64,000 nucleotides of DNA from positions 24,182,001 through 24,246,000 of the forward strand of contig NC_087252.1 in assembly GCF_037042905.1 (NCBI RefSeq), given 5' to 3'. This DNA comes from Lytechinus pictus (Eukaryota). The notes under the pieces are model-generated. The model made no database searches. It was not told where the DNA came from and saw only the letters and a list, made by a program, of their open reading frames with translations. Both the position numbers and the translations under genes were made by a program. This document shows, one piece after another, positions 26,224-37,016 of this stretch (position 1 is its first letter; each line of letters starts with the position of its first letter).

Positions 26224-27025
26224 AGCTAAACCTGGGAGGGTGCGGTGTACAATAACGTTGAGAGAAAGTCTTTAAAATCAGGGTTGATTATTGTTTATAC
26301 CATTTCATGGTTACAACTAAAAATTAAAGTTCTGGCATAACATGTACATGTAATTCAAAGTTTTGTTTTAAAATGATGAAATCCTGGCTGAAAAAGGAGT
26401 ATTCTGATTTAAATCACCAACACAGATGAACACATGTGGGACCCCGTACCATCATTCCGGACTTATCGCATTTACTACAGAGACACTCTCTAAAAACACA
26501 CCAATTCCTTTGAAACTGCAAGGCGAATCACAATGGAGAGCTGAGAGGCTTTCGTCAATAGTTGGTGCACCGGGACATAGTGTCGGAATCTCTTGACTCT
26601 GGACAATGACATTTTTGCAATTGTTCGTCTGGTGCAAATCTTTGGATGTCTGCTGTCCAAGTCCACTATTAGTTTTTAACAGAGCCTCTTAGCTCTCCAT
26701 TGTGATTTTAATTGCGTTTTCAAAGGAATCGATGCATCGAGAGTGTCTCCGTAGTAAATGCAAAGACTCCCTAGTATTGCTTTGGAAAGAACCCTTTACT
26801 GGTAGAATGCTGAGGGCCTAGGCCCTAGAATAACTTGCACATTCTGCTGCTCAACAATTAATCACTTTATACCAGCATCATAGAACATCAATTTTATTTC
26901 TCTTTCTGTTAAACACTTTTACCTAATATATTCATTTCATAAATCATCCATTTCATAATCTGCTTGGAGATGAACTTGAAGTCGAATCATGTGCAATTAC
27001 CTGGAACTGAAGTAAAGCTTATGCT
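26224..27025. mobile_element. Diverged Kolobok-like element related to K1, with internal ~80-bp inverted repeat
   Basis: gagaaagtc..taaaa.cagg and atcaccaacacagat..cacatgtggga shared with K1; ends near gct|tttaa; internal inverted repeat 26468-26549 / 26682-26761; termini degenerate. Confidence 0.5.
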
Positions 27026-27470
27026 TTTAATAACTTTATTTCATTTTGAACAATGTGGTTTTGTCCTAGTCTGCTATGCAGACTCTGAATGGCTCGTGAA
27101 GTGGGATCTGCAGCTGGTTTGCGAAGCAAACCAGCCTGAAAGGGCGAGCGAAGCGAGCCATTTCAGAGTCTGCTTCTTCTTTGGAAATCTTGTTCCCACG
27201 GTCAAAATAAGTCCCACCCACCCAAAATTTCAGAGAGCTTTCATTGGATAACTTCATCTGTCTGTAAACCAAATTTTATGACCACTGAGGAGTATAGATA
27301 ATCCCCTACTTCAACCACAGAGCCATGAGCAGGGTTATTATGTAATACCCTCGCTCAGGCCATCAGACAGTGTTTACATATGACATTCCACTGAGCAGCT
27401 GCATGTATGGCCAAAACCTTGCTCCATGGCCCAAAATAGTGGATGGTTTTATCATAGCTCTATATATATA

Positions 27471-28240
27471 TTCAATTCAATTCAATCTTTATTTCGCAAA
27501 TAGGATAAAAATACAAGGAAACATCAAATAATGTGATTAGATAATAAAAATAAATTGCGTGGCTTCCCATGAAGGTAATAAGAAACATGTGAGGCTCGCC
27601 AAAACATAGTAAAAACAAAACAACATTAATACAAAACAGAATATCATATCATTATAGTTAATAGTGTATATAAAAAGGAGAAAAAAACACGAGTTGAGGG
27701 GGGTAGATACGTTACAAGTATGCATTGATATCATGTGTGAGAATTAATAATAATTTACTAGAAAATTTGAATACTGTTTTCTAAAAGAATATATAAATTG
27801 TGAATTAGTTATTATTTGGGGAATCTCATTCCATTGTTTGGGACCTACATAACTCAGCTTCGTGACTATAGACCTAATAGACCATAAATGAAATTTATTG
27901 GAAGAACGGGTATTATGGTTATGAACTTGATTATTGCATTGAAAAAGATCTGAAAACTACATGGGTAACAACTACCTCTTCTTGAACTTATAGATAAATA
28001 TTGTGAGTTCTCGCTTATTAAATAAAGGTGCGGATGGTGCTATTAGAATATGTAATTATTCTTAAACATTTCTTTTGAATATTGAGTCCAATTCATATGA
28101 GGTTACATTGGTATTGCAATATTTTAAATAAGAGAAAATCATGGAATGGTATAAAGTTATCAGATTTTTATGAAGCAAACTAAGCTTAAGTTTGTAAATT
28201 AAACCAGTATTCCTTAAAACATTTATCATATGGTACTTAA
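27471..28240 (-). pseudogene. 5'-truncated LINE (L2/CR1 group, Crack/Daphne-like): decayed ORF2 C-terminus, 3' UTR and (ATTGA)n tail
   Basis: Minus-strand peptides RNTGLIYKL...LITLYHSMIFSYLKYCN, NNQVHNHNTRSSNKFHL and YVGPKQWNEIPQIITNSQFIYSFRK resemble the post-RT region of CR1/L2 ORF2; 3' end reads AATAAAG(ATTGA)3 on the minus strand. Confidence 0.85.
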
Positions 28241-28894
28241 AACCCAAAATATCAAACTCAAAAACACCATTCTCATAAAATTCAGAACTTAAATATTAAA
28301 TATGATAGTTTACAAAATGAAAATCTTAAATTTCACGATTGTAAGTTTGTAAACTATCATACTTTTAATCAAACAGGATAGCTATGTTTTATTTTGTTCC
28401 TGTTTGGAATTAACTTCTAACCATAGTTTCTTGATTGGATCTTGTATTTGTAGTCACTTCTCCATGCTACTGTATTCAACCTGTTTTACTGTTATGTTAG
28501 CTCAGTTTGATATTAATTAGCCTTAATTAGCCTTGTGTAAGTTGTCATGCCCAGCAACATTCGTTCACCTTTGTATTAAAAGTGTTTTTATGCCAGCCAT
28601 AATGTATGTGATAATCAGGTACTTTCAAACTCAAAAGTATGCTGAATGAAAATGTTGGCAATTTTTTTATATAAACCTAAATCGGATCTATTTGATTTAA
28701 ATCAGATTTTTTTAAATTTCAATCTGATTTTTTCTAACAATTTTTTTTTAACAAAGTGCAAACACCCAAAATATAACCCTTTACACTGACATCAATTTTA
28801 AAATTATGCATTTCACCACCAAAATTATTCTTAACTATTTCATAATCAAATCCAGTCAAAATATAATTTATAGAAAATATTAAAGCCATAAAGA

Positions 28895-29020
28895 AGCTGA
28901 CATTTTCTGCTGTGTCTAAAGTACATGTAGAGAGCTTCTACTTATTGGTTCAAAGGAACTGTCTTGGTACAGCTAATGCTGCAAACATGCAAAGTTGGTG
29001 CTCATTTTCAAAGCTCTTGG
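28895..29020 (+). pseudogene. Remnant of hAT transposase C-terminal dimerisation region
   Basis: Reads SAVSKV(HV)ESFYLLVQRNCLGTANAA then, after a frameshift, AKLVLIFKAL; resembles the hAT C-terminal pattern SSAxVERxFSxFxLVxSKLRNRLGxxKAxKLV with deletions. Confidence 0.55.
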
Positions 29021-29140
29021 TATTTAATGAGGATCAGTTTATTTGGAAGAATTCACTCAGAGATTCAAGTTCTCCAAAGAGATATATTTTTTAAATTTTA
29101 TTTTCAGGTCAAGGATTGAAGATCATACATGTTAAAGAAA

Positions 29141-29935
29141 ACTGCATTTATCTTTTGTTTGTTTCAACCCCAAGTTGTTCTTTGAGCCACAGTTGGAACG
29201 ACTGTTTCAAAGCATTGGCTTTCAAAGCTTTGACCGACTGCATTTATTTTTGTTTGTATCAACCTTAAAGGAATGGACCGGGCTGAAAATATTCAGATCT
29301 AAATAAATAGAGTAAAATGATGAAAATTTCACCAAAATTGGATGACAAATAACAAAGTTATTGTATTTTAAAGTTTATCAGTATTTTGTGAAAACAGTTA
29401 TATTTACATCGTCATGAATGTTCATTTGGTGGGTTGATGATGTCACATCCCCTCTTTCCTTTTTCTTATAACATGAAATCATAATTGTTTCATTTTTTTT
29501 ATACATGTGTAAATAATGTGTCTCCATTATGATGAAATAAGTTGCGGCAATAAATAACTAATGTACTTAATTAGTTGCCAATTCAATTGTTTTTAGTTCT
29601 TGGTAAATTCCTTTTTAATAAACATAATTTCACATAATCATAATCAAAAGAACAAGTGGAGATATGCCATCATAAGCCCAACTAACGGATATTCATGAAG
29701 ACATGCCTAGAAATGTTTTACCGGAATAATCGAAAAGAAATCTTTAAAATTCAATAACTTTGTTATTTGTTATCCGATTTTGATCAAATTTCAGTATTTT
29801 ACTCTGTGAATTTTACTTTATTTATTGATACATGTATCATAATTTCTCCAGCCTGGACAATTCCTTTAAGTTCTTCTTTGAGCCATAGTTGGAACTATTT
29901 GACTGTTTCAAAGCATTGGCTTGCAAAGTTTTGAC
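29141..29935. repeat. ~96-bp tandem duplication whose second unit is split by a Kolobok-like insertion
   Basis: Unit 1 29141-29236; unit 2 is 29237-29268 plus 29870-29935. Confidence 0.85.
29269..29865. mobile_element. Kolobok-like MITE (TTAA TSD)
   Basis: TTAA|AGGAATGGACCGGGCTG ... CAGCCTGGACAATTCCT|TTAA; long imperfect TIRs (acaaataacaaagttattg / caataactttgttatttgt). Confidence 0.85.
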
Positions 29936-30781
29936 AAACTTGCAAGTTGATTTAAATGATTTCGTTTACAATAAACTGGAAAACTAGTATTTTAGCAGCA
30001 GTTTTGCTAAAATAAGAAAACGGGTTCCCTTATACTACTGTGTCGGCCTATTTATTTGAATACAGGAACATGTATAGGAATAGAAATGTTAAAATATCGG
30101 TGTATTGGGTAAGCAGGGACGTTGCCGATTTTTACTTTTATTGTACTCAATTCAAAATATTCACTTAAAAATGTACAAACATAAATCATTTTGGCAAAGG
30201 GCACTAAAATGTATAGTTGTTATGATTTAGTCATGCATGTTAGTGCCCTTTGCCAAGAACATTCATACATATTTTAAAATAAATGTACATGTACTTAATT
30301 ACTGAACCTTTTTCAGTGAACTGGCTGAATGAAGCACAATCCTACTCAGAATGTCTGAACAGGCTTTTTCTAGTATAGGATCCATGGTTATAACCCATCC
30401 TGGCAAAAATCTATCATGTTGAGATTCAGCCTAATAAGTTCAGAGTTCCTTTACTTTCTTGAAAACTGCCCTCTAAAACACTTTTGAATTTTGACATAAA
30501 GAAACAAGAAATTTGTTTTACTATTAACAAAGTCTACTCATACATACAAGTTGAGTTGGGGTCGCATATAATGTAGGCTACATGTTCATCTTTGGTTTTG
30601 CAAGATTGACTTGATTTCATTGATTTGATTTCAATTGTTCTGAGTAGATATGAAGGATTTATTCCTGTTCTCATGATATAAAGTTGGTAAAATCTTTCTC
30701 TTTTTAATTTAAAAAGTAAAACTGCCACAAACAATAAAAAATCCCAAATAATTTGTACATGTTTCAATGGAAGTGATTTAA

Positions 30782-31538
30782 AGGAAAAGTCATGCACCCC
30801 AACAAAAAGCTGCTTTGAATAGTAGGAGAAAATCAGACAAGCATAACGCTGAAAATTTCATCAAAATCCGATCTAAAAGAAGAAAGTAATGACGTTTAAA
30901 ATTTTTGCTTAATTTCACAAAACCGTGGTTATATGCAAATCCTTGTCGGTATGCAAATTAGGGCGATGACATCACTCATTTTTTTTGGTATTTTATTATG
31001 TGAAATATGAAATATTTTTATGAAAAAAAATCATTCCTCCCTGACCATGTGGGATTACATTGTTTTAACATTTTGTAGTTCAAACAAGAGGGTCCTATTT
31101 GTTAAATTCGTAAAAATTGAAATGTTGTATAATTCAAACAGTAAAAATGCAAAAGCAATAGTGAGTGAGTGACATCATCGACTCTCTAATTTTCATATCA
31201 CTGAATTGTCATTATAACTGGGGGCCGTTTCATAAAGCTGTTCACAAGTTAAGAGCGACTTAAAGAACGACTGGTGAACACTTCTTACGCGATAAACCAT
31301 CGCCAATGTATATACAATTTACCACAACAAAGGATCTCAAATCGTTCTTAAAGTCGCTCTTAACTTACGAACAGCTTTATAAAACACCCATCTGTTTTGT
31401 GAAAAATAAGCGAAACTTTAAAATGTTATCATAAACTATTTTACATCCAATTTTGATGTAGTTTCCAGCGTTATTCTTGTTTGATTTTTCTCTATGTTTA
31501 TTAAATTAAACTCTTTTTTTCTGGGGTGGATATGACCT
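30782..31538 (-). mobile_element. Kolobok-like MITE family K2 carrying a nested Harbinger-like MITE
   Basis: TTAA|AGGAAAAGTC..CACCCC ... GGGGTGGATATGACCT|TTAA; homologous to 32870-33460 in opposite orientation. Confidence 0.85.
31221..31391. mobile_element. Harbinger-like hairpin MITE with CTG TSD
   Basis: Arms ataaagctgttc..aagttaagagcgactttaa / taaagtcgctcttaactt..gaacagctttat; CTG at 31218-31220 and 31392-31394; empty site seen in the sister K2 copy near 33005-33016. Confidence 0.9.
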
Positions 31539-31904
31539 TTAAATCAATGATTTGAAAAAAAATGATCACAGTGATTTAAATCGCGATTTAAATCGCGATT
31601 AAAATCAACGTGATTTAAATCAGCCAATCCTGCTGAATGAACTGAATATGAAAACAATTAGCTTTGTCAACACATGCAATGTCGATGCCAAAGATGTGAA
31701 AGTTGCATATTGGTATGCCCGGGAGCTATATGCCTTGATGCTTTACTCATTAGTGCAAACTGCTTACATGTACTATGCCTCATTGCTTTGAAGGATAATT
31801 ATTTTGTTTCAAAATATTAATTTGTTGGATTTGAATTGTGGAAAGTAGGTAATTTTTTTTGTTGTCTGTTAAATATGTGCTTACCAGTTATATTGGCTGT
31901 AGTG

Positions 31905-32204
31905 CACTAGCGTACCTACGGGGGGGGGGGGGGGCAATCTGCCCCCCCCCCCTGACGAGCCACAACCCATACAAAAGACATATCCCTGCCCCCCCCCCCC
32001 CCTGGCGAGCTTGAAAGACCTTTATTGCCCCCCCCCCCTGACAAACTTGAAGGCCTTTTTCTTTTTTTTTGCATGTCAATATTTTTTCTGGTACGAAAAC
32101 CTTTATTTTCGATTGAGGTCCTTTTCTTTCTTTTTTTTTTTTGCTTGTCAAATTTTTTGGCGGGCAAATTTCCCCTCCTGTGGAAAATCCTAGGTACGCC
32201 ACTG
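31905..32204. mobile_element. hAT-like MITE (CAGTGGCGTACCTA TIR)
   Basis: cactagcgtaccta / taggtacgccactg; perfect 8-bp TSD CTGTAGTG (31897-31904, 32205-32212). Confidence 0.9.
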
Positions 32205-32303
32205 CTGTAGTGTATGCTACTTCTTCTAAAAAAAAAATGCATTTCATAGGCGGATCCAGGGTGGGCCCGAGGTGTCCGGTGTGATGATGAACAGTGTATA
32301 TTT

Positions 32304-32448
32304 CAGGGGCCGTGGAAATGGTTTTCAAAGTAGGGGGGGGGGGCTGATGACGCAAAAAATCACAATCATATGGTCATTTTTACGATTATGTACACGGCTT
32401 TGAAAGTGGGGTCACCCCCCCCCCCCCCCCCCGCTTCCGCGGCCCCTG
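32304..32448. mobile_element. Short MITE with CAGGGGCCG TIR
   Basis: CAGGGGCCGTGGAA / TTCCGCGGCCCCTG; TATTT on both flanks (32299-32303, 32449-32453). Confidence 0.8.
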
Positions 32449-32869
32449 TATTTCATGTGCAATGGGGATGTCTGAATCTCATCTGTAAATGAAATATATA
32501 TAATTTATCTTTATTTGATATTAGCCATAAAACAAAACATCAAAACATTCACAATAGGCTTAATGAAGAAGGAAACATTGAAGTCGAAAGAATAGAATTA
32601 TAAAGAAAATGTGAAACTAAATGCTAATGGCAGGGCAAACAAAACTTAATTTATTAAGATGTAAGAAGAAGGAACGGAAAAGAAGAAAAGAGACAAAGAG
32701 AAAGAGAAAGAAAAGATAACAAGAAGGAAAGGAAGGGGAAGAAATAAAGAGGGTATAAGAAAGGAGAACAAGTCATATCTTATGTGAGTAGTACATAAGG
32801 TTAATGTTGCACGCTAAAATTTCATATAATTTCTTATTTTGTACTTTAGAAAACGGTTTGGTTCATTAA

Positions 32870-33460
32870 AGGTCAAGTCTACCTCAGAAAAATGTTGATT
32901 TGAATCAATAGAGAAAGATCAGACAAGCACAATGCTGAAAATTTCATCAAAATCGGATGTAAAATAAGAAAGTTATGACATTTCCAAGTTTCGCTTATTT
33001 TTAACAAAATAGTTATATGAACGAGCCAGTTACATCCAAATGAGAGAGTCGATGATGTCACTCACTCAATATTTCTTTTGTTTTTTATTGTTTGAATTAC
33101 ACAATATTTCAATTTTTACGAATTTGATGATTAGGACCTCTTTGCCTGAAGCATAAAATGTTAAACGTGTTCAGGGAGGAATGAAACTTCATTGCACCAT
33201 GACAATGACAAGAAAATAAAAATATTTCACATTTCATATAATAAAATACAAAAGAAATAGTGAGTGAGTGATGTCATCAGTTCCCTCATTTGCATACCGA
33301 CCGAGATGTGCATATCAAACTGTTTTGTGAAATGAAGCGAAACTTTTAAATGTCATAACTTTCTTATTTTACATCCGATTTTGATGAAATTTTCAGTGTT
33401 ATGCTTGTTGAATTTTTCTCTTTTTATTCAAATCAAGTTTTGTTGGGGTGGACTTGTCCT
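32870..33460 (+). mobile_element. Kolobok-like MITE family K2, intact copy
   Basis: TTAA|AGGTCAAGTCTACCTCA ... TGGGGTGGACTTGTCCT|TTAA; long TIRs including gaaaatttcatcaaaatcggatgtaaaataagaaagttatgacattt and its reverse complement. Confidence 0.92.
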
Positions 33461-33544
33461 TTAATCAATCAGTTCCATTATATTGTAGAAATGATAAAGA
33501 TACACGTAGGATGATAAATAACATTTAAAAAAACAGGACATTGG

Positions 33545-33872
33545 AGGAAAGGAAGAAGAATGAGAGAGCAAATGAAATAAAAATGAAAATAAAGTTAGAA
33601 AAAATAAGAAAGGAGGAGGAAGGGAAAGAATGAAAGAAAGAAAGAGAGAGAGAGAGAGAGAAATAGATAAAAATGAAAAAAAAGGAAGGAAAAAATGAAT
33701 GAATGAAAGAAAGAAAAAGGAAGAAAGGAAAGGAAAGAAAGGAAGATATAAAGAGAAAAAGAAGAGAGAAAAAAGAAAGAAAACAAAAGAGAAGAAAAGA
33801 GGAAAAGAAAAAAAATCAAGAAGAATGAAAAGAGGAAAAAAGAAAAAAAGGAAGAGAAAGAAAGAAAAAGAC
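33545..33872. repeat. Polypurine (A/G) low-complexity tract
   Basis: ~330 bp almost free of pyrimidines on the + strand; source of the spurious K/R/E-rich and F/L/S-rich ORFs. Confidence 0.9.
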
Positions 33873-36800
33873 AAGGTTTATTCCATGTCACTTATAAAAG
33901 ACCCGGGGGGGGGGGGTGATCAGGGCATCTTCTACACATTCATATACTGTATTAGTTCCATACACGTTCCTTGCTGTAACAAAAAATGTTTCAAAATATG
34001 CCCTATGCTATTATAACCATGAGCTATTACAGACTTTGGTATCATCATGGACCTATCATCCAAACCATTCCATCTCCTGACTACTCAAGTACATTAATAT
34101 ATGTATCTATGCATGTATATGGATCCTATGTGTATGTAGCAAGCCCCAAGAGGAGTATACCCTATTTGTTTAAATTCCACAAGATAAGAAATGGTCAGAA
34201 CAGCTGGATCCTAATCCCTCTCTTGCCCCTACTTCCACAAATCTGCTGTCAATCATGGTATCTACTGGCAACGGAGGGTTTCAGCAAGCTCCGCCTTGTG
34301 TACACGTTTCGTGTACATTGGTCAAACATGTTGTAGACCCAGATCTGCAGGCTCTAGTAGACCTAGTCTGCTATGCAGACTCCTTGAATCAGCTGTGATA
34401 CACACACTGCAGATGTGGGTCTACAATTGTAGACTAGTTTTGTCCTGTATTTAACCTGCAGCAGTTGTGGGCAGACAGACATTTTGAGATTATATGTGGG
34501 CAGATTAAGACTGGAAATTACCATGCAATTTCATTTCCCTTTTTTTCTAATGCAAAGTGCATCAATTGAATAAGAATTCTGGAAGATGTATTAAATCATA
34601 TTTGCTTGGGATTTTTTATTTGTACAACAGCCCACTATAATGTACACTGTAGTATACATGATAATTAATATGGTGATATGAAAAGGTGGTGGGATGAAGG
34701 AGAGTATTTGGCTTTTAATAAGCCAAATCTTAGACCTTGATTTGATTTTTAAATTCAGTTCAAGTACAATGTAAATAGGAGTGGGTCAAATATGGGCTTT
34801 AATTATTAAAGCCAAACAACTTGAGTATCCTCTCACTTCTGATTTAATAGCAATGATTGAGTTGATAGCAAGCATCAAATAACCTGGTTCAAATCAAATG
34901 ATATCATAACAGAAGACGAGACACTTTTCAACTAGCAGTAGTTATTTTTGTGTAATAAGAGTCATGGAAAATCAAAGTGCCCAATCTTTCTAACACATGA
35001 TCTAGGCTGGTAATGACTCATACTCCATCACCCTGAAGTACTGTATGTAAAGTATGAAATTAATAAAAGGCAAACAATTAAAAACAAATATTACTCTTGT
35101 TGACTCTGAAATATTTTGACACCTAATCATAATAGAAGAGTATAAAGCACTGCAGTGAAATGTGGCTTTGTTTGTGCCGCTCGACTGGTTACATTACCAA
35201 GTCAATGCCAAGATTGTTTTACCACAAAATTCATAAATTAGTCAGTCTGCAAAACAATCAAATACAAACAATAAAACAAATTAATTGCAAACGTTTCACT
35301 TTCACACTCTATCTGGTTTCAATACAAACCGCCAACAGTTCAACCCCAAAATACAAACATACACTGTATTCTTACAAACAAAATGGCAACGTCAAACCAT
35401 CAAAGACAATGCTTGCGCAATATTTGGTTAAATTCACTCTGAGGCTTTTGTTTCGACTCCAAACATATTGTGTTGTTAAACCGACTGCTCTTCATTTCTA
35501 ACAAAGATTTCTAGGTCATTATAAACACAAATCAAATAGAAATTGAGAATTACTGGTGTTTATAACACTACTGCTATTTACAAAAAGGGAAAACCCCAAG
35601 TCCATGAAGGCTATTATTAATGTGATTGTTCTAAAAACAAATATTTGAACTGTTTTGATAGCTCAAGACATCATTAAATTGTCCTACTGTTTAGACATGA
35701 AATTGCTCCTGTTTTTATGGTTGTATTCATTGGTTTGCAATAAAATTTCAGGCTGCTTTTAGCCTACACGTACACAAACTATGTAAAAAGTGACGAGATA
35801 CTAGTCTTGTCAATCACATTGGTGCCTGGCTGTTTCCGTCGGGAAACAGATTGACTTTGTGTTGAACAAGAGCACGAACTGCTTCAGATCCAATACATTT
35901 ATCTCATCGTGTTAACATGATGTTAAAACATTCCTAACATCTTCAATATTTAATGAACACAACAGAACTATGAAAAGATGATTTGCACGTGTACATATGA
36001 TTTCCAGTATAAGAAATCGATATAACAGCTTTGAAATTTCCCACACAAAAGTTTTCAAATCTTTGTCGAGGGTGAGGGTTTCTGAAAAATTAGACAACAA
36101 CCTTTGTGCTGTACGATCAATTTTAATATGCAGGCCTAATCAGTTGCCTTAATTTCCATCCCACAATCCTCTTCCCCCTTTCGCGGAACACCGTCACCTC
36201 ACGTTATAAAAGATCAAAGACGTACCGGCAGAGGACTTGTACAGGTGAACAAGCTATTTACCGGATTACAACATGGTAGGCTTTTTCCCCCCTCTGTGTG
36301 GGGGTTGCTGGGAACTGCCACCACTTTCCCCCGCGACAGTAATGGGATTTGAATGGCCAAGGGCCCGATTAAAAACGAAGGATGATAATGGGGAGATGAG
36401 GACAAACGGAGGCGGATAATAGCGGAGGCGGGTAATTCAGGGTGAGCGATTGAGGGGGCGTGGTCTGCCTTGTCTTCACCATTTCTCGGAATCTTGAACT
36501 TGGCATGTGTAATACGCTGGACGGAGAACCAATAATGAGGACACTGTCATCTGTGCTCACAAGAATGCACGGCGTTGATAATAAACCCTGATAGTACAAA
36601 TCACGAATGTCTTGATGAAGCCGTCTCAGCAATACAGTGTTACGTTCATAATGTTGAGCATTAATGCTAAATGGGAAAACCATCTCGGTAAAAATTTCTG
36701 TAAACTTGCAGGACTTGATTTCCTTCAAGGCCATTGAAGGCCACGACCATTGACTTATTTATTTCCTTTTTTGCTATGTGCCTATTAAGAAAAGTGGCCT

Positions 36801-37016
36801 TGACCTTCAAGCCCACATGGAGGCCTGCATTATACCTGCAGGAAATACAACTATTGTTGACATTTCTATGCACAATTATCATGTATTACGAGTTACGAAT
36901 TTCAATTTACCATTTGGAATGGACTTCAAAAATATAACTTTTATTATCTCAGCAAAGGAAATCACTGGTAACTGTTTTTCATTCGCAATTACTGCAACTA
37001 CATGAATGATCTAGTC

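Larger units (their letters stand above)
28650..31632 (+). mobile_element. Decayed hAT transposon with nested insertions
   Basis: 8-bp TSD CTGAATGA (28642-28649, 31633-31640); degenerate TIR (aaatgTTGGC vs caggaTTGGC); GATTTAAATC subterminal repeats at both ends; transposase remnant inside. Confidence 0.75.
27067..34436. mobile_element. 7.4-kb non-autonomous element with TAGTCT...AGACTA hairpin ends and 9-bp TSD (Academ/AcademH-like, tentative)
   Basis: Left end TAGTCTGCTATGCAGAC, right end GTCTACAATTGTAGACTA; identical GTTTTGTCC at 27058-27066 and 34437-34445; contains many nested insertions. Confidence 0.7.

Noticed and set aside
33461..34016. Long F/L/S-rich and K/R/E-rich ORFs (likewise 10636-10929 and 23827-24098)
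   Set aside because: Translations of polypurine/polypyrimidine low-complexity DNA, open simply because stop codons are scarce
36518..36539. TGGACGGAGAACCAATAATGAG resembles miR-184 (first 12 nt match as I recall the mature sequence)
   Set aside because: 3' half diverges and no convincing complementary 5' arm lies upstream; probably chance. A miRBase search and folding would settle it
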